A stretch of 64,000 nucleotides of DNA from Octopus bimaculoides (lineage: Eukaryota). The notes under the pieces are model-generated. The model searched no databases, was not told where the DNA came from, and was given only the letters and a program-made list of their open reading frames with translations. The position numbers were made by a program, and so were the translations under genes. Below are positions 53,273 to 64,000 of the stretch, piece by piece; the stretch's first letter is position 1, and each line of letters begins with the position of its first letter. The stretch is taken from NCBI RefSeq assembly GCF_001194135.2, contig NC_068997.1, positions 5,334,196 to 5,398,195 on the forward strand. Direction: 5' to 3'.

Positions 53273-55324
53273 AATGCATTCTAATATTGAGTGGTTGGGG
53301 GAACACATACAAATGCAAATTTCGGCAGAGGGTAGTTATGGTTATTTAAGTACTCCAAGTATTTAGTAAGTCTATTTTATCCAGAAGGATGAAAGGCAAA
53401 GTTGATCTCAATGAGACTTGAAAACAGAACCTAAAAAGATATAAATTAGGCACCACAACCTGTATTGTCTATAGCTCTACCAATTCTGCTAAACTGTTGA
53501 TATTTTATCTGTCTACTAATCTCCCATCATTTTGACTCTGGACACTAGCAATCCTGGCAAACACCATTATTCTGTTCGTTATTCTACCAATTTTATCAAC
53601 ACACAGGCTGAAAAGTAAAGTTGACCTTAGTGGGGATTAGAAATCAGCATTTAATGTGCTGTTACTAAATACTACAAAGAGAGTTTTTAAGAATATTTGT
53701 CTCTCTCTGGCCTACAAGATCTAGTATATTTCAATCCAGCCAACAAAGCAAAATGAGTTTGACCTACTGATGTAGAAGCCCCCCCACCTCAAATCACAGA
53801 CACACTATACTCTTAACACAGGTCTCATGCCAAATCCGCATGACACAATGTGAAAAGAGTGAACCCTAGAATTAATGGTACAATCCAGAGAGAGAGAGAG
53901 AGAGAAAGAGAGAAAAGTGATCCCAGTACACAACTGATACTTTATTGGCCCCAAAAGAGTGAAAGACAACATTGACCTGCTTTTGCTAAATTCAATTTGT
54001 CAATCACCCTCTGCATAGTACTTTGGGCAAGTGTCATCTACTACTACAGCTCTGGGACAACCAATGTCTTGTGAGGAATTTCTGCACGTACGTTGTGTGC
54101 TTACAACCTACATTGAATAATGGTTGTAAACAGTGATATTATTTGCAGCTCAGCTACAAACAATAACAATGTTTGTTGAGATTTCTTATCAACAAATTAT
54201 TCGCTAGATCTGTGCTTTCAAATTCCTCTGCAATATAAAATCCCATTTTTAAAAAAGGAGGTAAGTGTTGGAGATAGAAAGAGCCTTTGGTTCTAAAAGT
54301 CTTGATTCAATTACTTCTGATGAAAGCCATGTCAGCTAAGCAAAATGAATGATCTTGTATATCTATACACATACACACAATGAGTATATAGGGATAAATC
54401 ATCCAAACAGGCACCACAAGAGCTCTCAGGTATAGTCCAGGTTCTAGTTAACTGCATCAATAAGAAGCACCAAGGATTGCTTAGGGTGAGCAATCCCACT
54501 AATTCTTCTGATAGGTAAATCCAGGTTTGCTTCACTGGATTATATTTTCTGGGGGTGCAAATCCAAAACAATCACAAAGAATATGGAAACTGGTACATCT
54601 TCAAATTTTTCTTTTAATTTTAACAGTTAATTATACAGCATAATTGGTTAAAATGACCAACACGTGTTTCTGCTGCATAGAAAATATGCAGTTGCATATG
54701 CAACCTGCAATATTCTGCTATGCACCTTTATTCAGAGTTTTTCTATAAGCTTGGTCCAAAGCAAATTGAATTTATTTATGTATGGCTAGCTTATTTATTT
54801 TACTTTGGTTTAAGATACAAAAGCAAAGTGAAGGGGGAGATGTTGAAATTTGATATGGCTATAAAGTTTATTTTGTATCTGATCTCATGTAGACCTTAGT
54901 TCTAGGACAAAACAAGATCAAAGTATATCTTAGAGTTTTAATACAACTTCATATATGTATTAAAAGATATTAAATAAAAATAAATTCAATTAAATTAAGT
55001 GAAAGAATTCTGTCACATATACTTATGATGTCCAAATGAAAGGTGCACTTGTTTAGTTGATGTGGTGGATGGAAACTGAAAGAAGCCTGGCTTGTGTGTG
55101 TGTGTGTGTCTTGACATTGCATGATAGTTTAAATGAGAGTCACAGCCACACAAGCAGTGTTATTTCCAAAGTTCAGTAAGAACATGCCTGGCCATGGGGA
55201 AATATTACCTTGCTGAGAACTAGGTTAGGGTTGGGAACAGAAAGAGCATCTGACAATTGAAAATCTACCTCAACCTTTGTCCAACCCATGCAAACATAGA
55301 ATAGTGGGCATTAAACAATGACAA

Positions 55325-55500
55325 GAGTTCCTTTCAAACGCTGGGCCTCACAGAGGCAAAGTGGCTGAGTTCCTCTCAAGCACTGAGCCTCATGGAGGCA
55401 CAGTGGCTGAGTTCCTTTTGGGCATTGGGCCTCACAGAGGCACAGTGGCTGAGTTCCTTTCAAGTGTTAGGCTTCACAGAGGCAATGACTGAGACTTGGC
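55325..55500 (+). repeat. 42-bp tandem repeat (~3.5 units) derived from the RTE C-terminal LGLTEA segment
   Basis: Unit GAGTTCCTTTCAAGCGCTGGGCCTCACAGAGGCACAGTGGCT (approximate consensus); continues into the RTE 3' UTR and (GAT)n tail at about 55750. Confidence 0.75.
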
Positions 55501-57164
55501 ATTATGTTGTAGTTGAGAAGATTCATCAAGCCAAGCAAAATTGCAGTTGTGGCAGATACTGGTGTCATGCAAATGGCATATAAAAGCACCCATTAGACTC
55601 TAGGAGTGGATGGCACTAGGTAGGGCATCCAACTGTAGAAAACCATACCAAATCAGACTGGAGTCTGGTGCAGTCTTCCAGCTTACCAGCCCTGATCAAA
55701 CCATCCAACCTATGTCAGCATGGACAATAGACATTAAATGATGATGATGACGATATATAATGTTGTAGTGGAATCATGTCAAAGACTAGGTCACAGCTGG
55801 TGTAATGAAAATTTTGACACCAAATGTGTGAGTGAAGTTTATGTTTTTGAATGGCTAATATGTAGGTGTCTTCCACACTATAATTGATATAGTTTTAGAC
55901 ACACAGTCTCATATCAAATCACTTGCTCAGCAAGTACACTTCTGAAAATATATATTTGCATGGCTGTATGGTAAGCACTTTGCTTCCCAACCACATGGTT
56001 CTGGATCCAATCCCATTGTGCAGCAGTCCTGCACTACCAAAAGCCTTGAGAGTTGATTTAGTAAATGGAAACTGAAAGAAGCACATCATATGTGCGAGCG
56101 TGTGTGTGTGTGCGCACACATGCGCGTGAGCATGTATGTACCTCTCCTTGATTTGACTGTGTAATTTATAAATGATTGTCACTGACATACACGCAGTATC
56201 CATCATTTCCAATACACTGCGAGAACATGTTTAGCCTTAGGAAAATATTATCTTGCTCGGAAACCAGTGAGGGTTGGCAAGAGGAAAGGCATCTGGCCAT
56301 AGAGAATTTATTTCAATAAACATTGGGACTCAGAGGGGATGGCAGGGGACTGAGACCCCTGGCAGTTTGCTGTGCTTGAAAAGACATGTCAAGCAAAGTA
56401 AAAGTGTGGTTGCCCTTGTACACAGGATTGTCCCTTGCAATGCTCATCAGTTGAGCATCCCTAATCGTGCAGGTTCCTAAGTACTGATGCCACATAAAAA
56501 GCACCTGTACCAGTGCTGCATAAAAGCATCCAGTACTCTATAAAGTGGTTGGTGATAGGAAAGGTATCCAGCTTTAGAAACCATGCTGAAACAGACACGG
56601 AGCCTGAAAAACCCTTCAGCTGGTCAGCTTCTGTCAAACCATCCAACCCATGCTAGCATGGAAAGCAAACATTAAATGATAATGATGAAACTGCCTGGCC
56701 CATGCATGCATGGAAAAGTGAACGTTAAAATGAATTGTTGTTGTTGGCACTCCGTCGCTTACACATACACACATCATCAATATTTAATGTTCATTTTCCA
56801 TACTGGCACAAGTCAAGCAGCTTGCCAGGAACTGGCAAGGCCACAGGCTGTACCAGGTTCGAGTTGTCTGTTTTGGCTTCGTTTATACAGCTAGATGCCC
56901 TTCCTAATACCAACCACTTTACAGAGTGTACTAGGTGCTTTTTATATGACACCATCACCAGTGCTTTTACATGCACCAGCAGATATGAGGAGTCTTTTTC
57001 AGTTTTCATCTACAAAATCCTCTCAAAAGGCTTTAGTCAGCCTGGGGATAGAGAAGAGACATGCCCACAGTGATACACAGTGAGACTAAACCCATCCACA
57101 AAATGGACTTCTTAACCACATAGTCATATCTGCACCTAACTCTTGTTTTGTCTTAAATTAATAT

Positions 57165-57378
57165 AGATTTCAAATTGTGGCACAAGGTTACCAATTTCGA
57201 GGAAAGGAGTAAGTTGATTACATCAATCCCAGTGTTCAACTGGTACCTATTTTATCCAACCCAGAAGGAGAAAAGGCAAAGTCAACCTTGGTGGAATTTG
57301 AACTCAAAATGTAAAAGTTAGAAGAAATACCACTAAGCATTTTTTCGGTGCGGTAATGATTCTGCTAGCTTGCCACCT
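57165..57378 (-). mobile_element. SINE family A copy
   Basis: Reverse complement of the family A consensus. Confidence 0.75.
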
Positions 57379-57499
57379 TTTAGCAAATCAATATCAAGTT
57401 TTTCTTAATAGCAATTGTGTAATGTCTCCAATACAACTGGAATTGAAATAAATGATAATCTAAAACAAATTACAACTTTACATACAACATATGTTAGTG

Positions 57500-57900
57500 A
57501 CAGGATCTATCATTTCTGATGAGCCTTCAGTCAACACCTCTGTTCATGCTGGAGTTATTTTTTAGCTCATCTGCGCAACATAAACTACAATTTTATAACT
57601 GACTTTTTGTTCATCTGACACAAACTTCATAATTGTCAATGCTTGCTCACTTATTCTCCTGCATTAATGGGGATTTCATTCTTTCTGAGGAAAATTTTAA
57701 TTGGCAATGATTTCAATACTCTTTTCAAATGCTCACCTGTCATTTCTGCTCAACAAGCAAATGAAAACGTTCTGGTTAACATTTACCTATGAATTTCTAA
57801 ATATTTTGCTAAACTAAAATCTAAAAAGAGAACTCGGAAACAGCATATATCCAAGAAATTAGATAGTTCCCACTTTTCTAATGTATTTGCCATTGCAGCT
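57500..57900 (+). mobile_element. Possible decayed LINE APE endonuclease
   Basis: NFIIVNACS and KILIGNDFNTL resemble the I.NVYAP and I.GGDFN motifs, with stops and a frameshift. Confidence 0.3.
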
Positions 57901-58528
57901 GGAAGATTTCAGAGAAGTGTGATAATTTCAACCTTATCAAGAGGCAGACATGGCTGTGTGATTAAGAAGCTTGCTTCCCTTACGCCTTCTCCATTTAAAA
58001 AAAAAAATTTCTCTTTTGGTACATGTCTTCTGCTAGAGATCTGGGCCAACCAAAGCTTTGTGAGTGGATTTGGTAGACAGAAACTGAAAGAAGCTGTAGT
58101 GTGTGTGTGTGGGGGGGAGGCCTTGTTTAGCCATCGTATGATGGTTGCAAATTAGCATCATTGTCATACAAGCAAGAGTGCTCATTTCCAGTCTTCTTCG
58201 GAAAACATGTTTAACCAAGGGAAAGAGAACCTTGCTTGGAAACAAGCAACTGTTGGTGATCGCAAGAGCATCAGGCTATTGAAATACTTCAACAAATTCT
58301 GTCTGACGCATGCAAGCAAGAAAGAGTAGACATTATCTAATGATGATTAAAGACATTGATTGAAAGTACATACTCGTTGAAATGGCTTAATCTTAGACAA
58401 TGCTACATTTACTACTACTACAGGTTCCCTTGTTGGAGTTGCTCCACAGCAACAGAGCCATAGCATATTGTTATTGGGACACGAGCTTTACTTTCCCCAC
58501 CACCAATTGCTAGTTTTTTTTTTTTTAA

Positions 58529-58748
58529 CCCTTTAGATACCAACACGCCTAAAACCGCCCTTCGTCCTATAATACAAACTTCCCATTTTAAGTTATCTAA
58601 ATTAAAATTTCCATAAAAATTTCATGTTAATTTATGTTCCAAACACCAGATGAATAATGTCAGAGTTATTTTAATAATTCTTTTATTATTTTCAAAATTA
58701 ATTGAAAAAAAGGCAGAGTATTTCAACAAAAATATGCTCATGAAAGGG
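58529..58748. mobile_element. piggyBac-type MITE
   Basis: TTAA|CCCTTT ... AAAGGG|TTAA; same family as 36335 in the opposite orientation. Confidence 0.7.
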
Positions 58749-59699
58749 TTAAGCAAGATGGATTTTAGGCAAAGGGTAGGTATGGTTATTTTAATTCACT
58801 AAATTTCATCACATTCAGAAAGAAGGGTGGAAGGCAAAGTTGACCTGAATGGGATTTCAAAGCAGAATACAAAAATATACAATACCACCTGTTAGTCTAC
58901 AATTCTGCTAAACCACTGTAACTTTGCTATTCTACAAAACCATGATGACTGCTTGCTGCTCAATCAACCAACATACCATCATTTTACCCACTAACTTGTC
59001 TATATGTTATTCTATTATCTGCCACTTGTAATCTACCATTGTCTTGCCTACCAATTCTACCGTCTGTCATTTGGCCTGCCACACTATCATTTGGTCAACC
59101 CATTTTACCAATATAAACCACTCAATTATTTTTGCAAAATAGACGAAAGTACCTTGGATTTTGGTTTAACTCACCAAGTCGATCATATATATGAAATATT
59201 TTTTATCTCATCCTTCTTTACTATGTCAACTATCATATCAACTGTCTCATGAAGCTATGCTCATACAAATATACAAAAGCTATTTTCCCTCACTTTGATA
59301 TATACCTTTCTAGCTAGGGTTGCAAAAAAATTATCATAGGAAGATTATTTTGTGAAACTTCAATAGTGACCTATAAGGATTATCTTGAAAATCTAGCCGG
59401 GCCGATAAACCCCTTGTATCTGTTGATTTCACTGAAATACTATGTTGGAAGGAAAATGACAAACAAGTAAAAAGATACCTATAAGTTAATCTATTGTCTT
59501 CGAACAAGAATGTCATTAATTCTTCTTTTACCACAAGGAGACAGAGGGCCATTCATCATCTTATCACTAAACTTCAAACATCCCATCATCCCATTGTGGA
59601 CGATGACGACAGACGGAGAGCCATTCACCATCGTATCACCAAACTTTACCCATCCCTTAAGATACATCATCTATTCATGTCGACAATGGTTAGATTGCC

Positions 59700-59857
59700 G
59701 GTACTACTAAAGCAGCGCAGACCCGTCCGCGCTAGCTAGTCGTGAGTGGTCGATCGTTTAGGGTTAGGGTTAGGGATAGGGTTAGGATCGACCACTCAAG
59801 ACTAGCTAGCGCGGACGCGCGACTGCGCGTTCGGGTCCGCGCTGCTTTAGTAGTACC
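59700..59857. mobile_element. 158-bp foldback MITE with 9-bp TSD and a TTAGGG loop
   Basis: TSD TAGATTGCC at 59691-59699 and 59858-59866. Outer arms 26 bp and inner arms 30 bp, one mismatch each. Loop 59756-59785 is GTTTAGGGTTAGGGTTAGGGATAGGGTTAG. Confidence 0.9.
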
Positions 59858-60003
59858 TAGATTGCCATCCCCCCGCTACACTAAACTACATCTATGCTCT
59901 TTGGAATATAACAGCCTTGGCAAATTTTAAGAATAATTTATAGTACACTCAGAACTCAACACTTTACGCCAACATTCTAGTTTCTAGTATTATTTGTAGT
60001 ATT

Positions 60004-60134
60004 AATTCAGCCGAAGTCGACTTTGCCTTTCACCCTTTCGGGGTCGATAAGTACCAGTTAAGTACTGAGGTCAATGTAATCGACTTACCCCCTGCCCTGA
60101 AATTGCTAGCCTCAAAGCCAAAATTTGAAATCAA
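60004..60134 (+). mobile_element. 5'-truncated SINE family A copy with a 16-bp TSD
   Basis: TATTATTTGTAGTATT at 59988-60003 and 60135-60150. Confidence 0.85.
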
Positions 60135-62289
60135 TATTATTTGTAGTATTTGTTTGCGCGCGCGCTATGTCTCAGTCTGTGTCACTAGTGAGATTGTTTT
60201 CGATAAAAACATTGACCTAAAAACAAACAAAAACACTTCTCTATTTTCACACACAACTTGGACACTAATAATCAGAAATGAATTATATCATACAGATTTA
60301 GCTTCATGTGTGAGTGTTGGGGGGTCGATAAAATAAGTACCACTTACACTGGTACAAATTCTACCGACTATAACCACTCCCATATATATATATATATATA
60401 TGTCATTTTGATACAAAACTTAGAGCGGCAGACATAACTAACGGCTTTGTGGTATTTTAGTTACCGCTCTTAATACTTCGTGTTCAAATCCTGCCAGAGT
60501 ACTCAGACTGCCTCTCGTCCATCCATGATCGACTACGGAAGTCCATCTAGTTGATAATTATTGAGAATCAACATTAGTGTCAGTTCACAGAGTGACATAT
60601 TACAAGGGTTGAGGGTCGTTACAACCCGAGACCTAACTAGTGACAGCGGGGGTGGGGAGAGAGAGAGAGAGAGAGAAAGAAAGAGAGTGTGTGTGTGCGT
60701 GTAATGCTAAATATTTTTTCGAGGTCGATGTAATTAAAGCAGAGCTCCAGCCTTGTTAACAATCCATAAATGAAAGAAAGAAAATAATAAAAGTTCTGTT
60801 TCGTTTCAGCAGGATTCCCAAGGCGACATCGCCGAAGTGAGGTGTCAAAAAGTTTTTGTCGACAATAACGAAATACATAACGGAATTAGTTTGTGTTTTA
60901 TAATATACAACACAGCAATAAAAATTCGGTGTGTGAATATATATATATGTGATACCAAAACGTGAGAGGAAAAAACACACCCAACCAACATCAATGAATT
61001 AATTAATAAGCATGCAGAGATAGAAAAATAGAGGTGGGAGATAAACAATAATTATGGGGAAAATGTACAGTTCAGTTTCGTTAATAGAGATAATGTAGGT
61101 GGTTAGAAACCATCCAGAATTATATATATAGATATATATATATATANNNNNNNNNNNNNNNNNNNNNATATACAGATAGAGAGAGAGAGAGAGACAGGGA
61201 GAGAGCAAGAGAATACCGGAAGTCTACTTGTTTACTCACGAAAACCCTAAAAGCAAAAGATTTTAAGTAGTGTCCAAGTTTGCAGAAAAACAAAACAGGA
61301 GAGATTTTTACTAAATTAGCATTACCGATGGAGAGGAAAACGAAGTATATATGCTAGTGTAGCACTTACTTGGAAACATAATCCGACGGTATAGTTAGAC
61401 ATACGTACATTTATGACACACATACATGTAAATGTGTGTGTGTGTGTGTGTGTGTGTGTGGCTCAAAACGTGTTAGGGAGGGGAAATAACTCAAAATGTC
61501 TTAAGCCGCATCACATGACTTCAACATGACTGGCCAAGAATAGGAAACTTCGTAACTAACAAAGTAAATGGAAATTATAACAATAACAATGAAATAAAAA
61601 TAAACGAAAAAGAAACCTTCACAAATAAGCAAATAAATTAAAACACAAACCCGTGACACGGCACTGTTTATCGTTTAAGACTTGCTCTAATAGCGAAATA
61701 GGTTGACTGGGTCGGTGTTAAGTTTTGTCTACGTAACTTAGAGGCGACCAGCTTGGTTCGAAGAGCAACTTAATGAAAATTGAGATGATGATGGTGATTT
61801 ATTTTCCCAACAACTGTTAGAGCAAACCTATTTTTAAAACCATTCAGATGTTTAAGAGTAATGATAAAAGTTTTTTTCTGTAGCTCTAATTCATCCACAA
61901 CCAACAAAACGGGATTTTTTGTGAAAATAAAACGATTATTCAGCATACATTGATAGCGAAAAGCATATGTAAAACATGTCTCCACATCCTAAAAGTACAG
62001 GAAATAATTCATTTTGATCCCGTAAAAACGTTTGGAATTTAGATTAAATAGTAATTTTGATTTCTCACTCTGAGAAATATCGTATTTACCAGAAATTTAC
62101 TGTTTTATTTTAAATAATAACCAACAGATGACGCCACAGAAACAAGTGATAACAATGGAAGCATCAGACGAGACGAATAAAAGACATTTTAGAAAGTTAT
62201 TTTAATCTCTGACGTTTGATAAAATATCTCTTCAATGAGACACAGCTCTCGTGATTTGATACTCAATGAAACTATTTTAAAATTAGGTT

Positions 62290-62870
62290 GGTGGAGTGAT
62301 CAACGTCTTAGCACCACTCCCCAATCAAGGTGGCTCCGTCCTTAGCACTCTCAATAAGAAAACTTCTATCGTTGCTGCTTGCTTTATTTTCAATTCCATA
62401 TTACACAGAGTAAAACTCTTCACCAGTCTCAGTAATACACACGTACTGCCACTAAATACGATAACACTTCTGCTCACTCCAATCTAACAATATAACCAAC
62501 CTTGGAAAAAGCCCCCTATCCTTGCCAAATTCTTAAATCCCCTTTTGGTATACTGATCTTTGAAAATATACTGTCCTAAGGGAAAATTCTCTAACCCTGT
62601 TAACTACCGACCTATTACTCTCACTTCAACTCTGCCAAATCAGATTGGAGCCTGGTGTTGCCATCCAGTTTCACCAGTCCTCAGTCAAATCGTCCAACCC
62701 ATGCTAGCATGGAAAGCGGACGTTAAACGATGATGATGATAAAACACATTAAAATCTGCCTCTTCCATCACCTGTCTGATCCTTTAGTGACCAGCAGTAT
62801 GGTTTCCATAAAGCAAGATTTACAAGTGATTTTATTCTTGTGAGTCACTCACTAGCAGTCACTTCCTACA
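62290..62870 (+). mobile_element. Old LINE (CR1/Jockey-group) reverse transcriptase remnant
   Basis: PILAKFLN...PKGKFSNPVNYRPITLTSTL, then after the RTE insertion SDQQYGFHKARFTSDL. These are RT domain 0-2 motifs. Confidence 0.7.
62628..62740 (+). mobile_element. Young RTE 3'-terminal copy nested in an older LINE RT
   Basis: Same tail sequence; it interrupts the older RT frame right after NYRPITLTSTL. Confidence 0.8.
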
Positions 62871-63429
62871 CCATTTTTAAATAATACACTCAGGGGGACG
62901 TGGGAGGGCTATGGCCATGACATCATTGCCAGACTTCTGTGGTTGTTGCCAGAAAAGTAGGGAGTTCCTGATATCCTCAAACTGAAGACCTGCAGTAGAA
63001 GAATTTGTTAAAGAAACCATGTCCATATAACATTCACGTCCCAAAGTTTGGGAAATAATTAGGTTCAAGAACAACTTACATTAAAGTACAATTCACATGT
63101 CTGACAGTGCTGCTGCTGTTACACATCCACACAAATATCTGAGGCCACATTCAAAAGTCACTTATTTAAATGGTTGACAAAGCTTCCACTCACCAACAAC
63201 AAACAAAATCCAGCAAAGAGATATACTACTACTTCTCTTTGAATCTTCTGTTACAACTAATAACCTATATTCCTCTTAACTAGCTTAAGAGCCAATCCAT
63301 CCTGAGCCATTTCCCCTGCTGTGCTCAACTCCTAGATTTTACACAAAACACATTAAGCAATCCTTACCCTTTTCCCCCAGAACTTCAATCTTCTACTGTC
63401 TTCCCCTGCACTTCTGCATTCTCGCACCA

Positions 63430-63468
<39 letters not shown>

Positions 63469-64000
63469 NNNNNNNNNNAAAAAAAAAAAAAATTCAAACA
63501 GAACTTCAAGCATATCATTGATTACAGAAAGTGGTTTTGAGCACTGTCCCTCACCAAGAAAAAGAAAAGAAAAAGATTGAATTTAGTTGTGTCCATTTAC
63601 GTATATTTTGAGTTCAATTTCTGTTGAGGAGGGAGAATAGACTTTGCTTTTCCTTTTCATCCTGTCAAACAAAATATCAAACATATTCAAGTCAATCCCA
63701 CTGACTCTACCCGCTTCTTCCCTCACAAATCTGTGAACTTATGTCATTTCAAAAACTAAGTTATTATATTGTGAAAAAGTAACTAAAATGGTCAAAAAGT
63801 AGGCTAAACATTTTAAAATGTTTATTTTTTGTCCCTATACATTATGAGTTTAGGTTCTGCCAGGGTCAATTATGTTTTTCATCACTTTGGAGTTGATAAT
63901 TTAAGTACCACTTGTATATTTATGTAAATTTATATATTTCCTTTTTTCAAACATGATAAGCCTTATAATAAGCTGTTTTTTTCCTTCTTATTTGTTTGCT

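Noticed and set aside
55325-55500. Repeat array considered as CRISPR-like
   Set aside because: Units are contiguous with no unique spacers, derive from an RTE, and sit in eukaryotic context with no cas genes.
59170-59190. Minus-strand ATGATCGACTTG|gtgagt as a possible HGS first exon (YDRL-like)
   Set aside because: The YDRL frame has an upstream stop and no ATG; the ATG frame gives MIDL with no resemblance to Hrs.
59756-59785. TTAGGG run as a true telomere or chromosome-fusion scar
   Set aside because: Only about five units, enclosed by TIRs and a TSD, so it arrived inside a mobile element.

Overview
AT-rich, repeat-dense animal genomic DNA with nine N-gaps. The SINE/RTE families and microsatellites look cephalopod (Octopus-like), which is inference. 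The only protein-coding gene I can support is the 3' part of HGS/Hrs (ESCRT-0) on the minus strand: six exons from 52958 down to the stop at 41801. They all have canonical ag/gt boundaries and splice in frame (1458 nt, 485 aa plus stop). The product has the DPELARYLNRNYW segment, a PSAP motif, the GAT/coiled-coil core, a Q/P-rich tail and the terminal clathrin box LISFD. I could not find the VHS/FYVE/UIM exons in the window. The rest is decayed mobile DNA: Tc1 and mariner remnants, a MULE fragment, piggyBac-type and other MITEs, RTE and other LINE remnants, an R4/Dong-like REL retrotransposon sitting in a (CATA)n tract, and several SINE families. The most unusual observation is a pair of tiny hairpin elements (59700-59857 and 21112-21184). 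They share GG-N6-TAAAG termini, 9-bp target duplications that both start with TAGA, and telomere-type repeats inside; the larger one carries four G3 tracts (a near-canonical telomeric G-quadruplex) in its loop. Also notable are alternating CpG-retaining and CpG-depleted domains and a candidate 9-nt microexon at 12207-12215. No CRISPR array, rRNA or true tRNA gene was seen.
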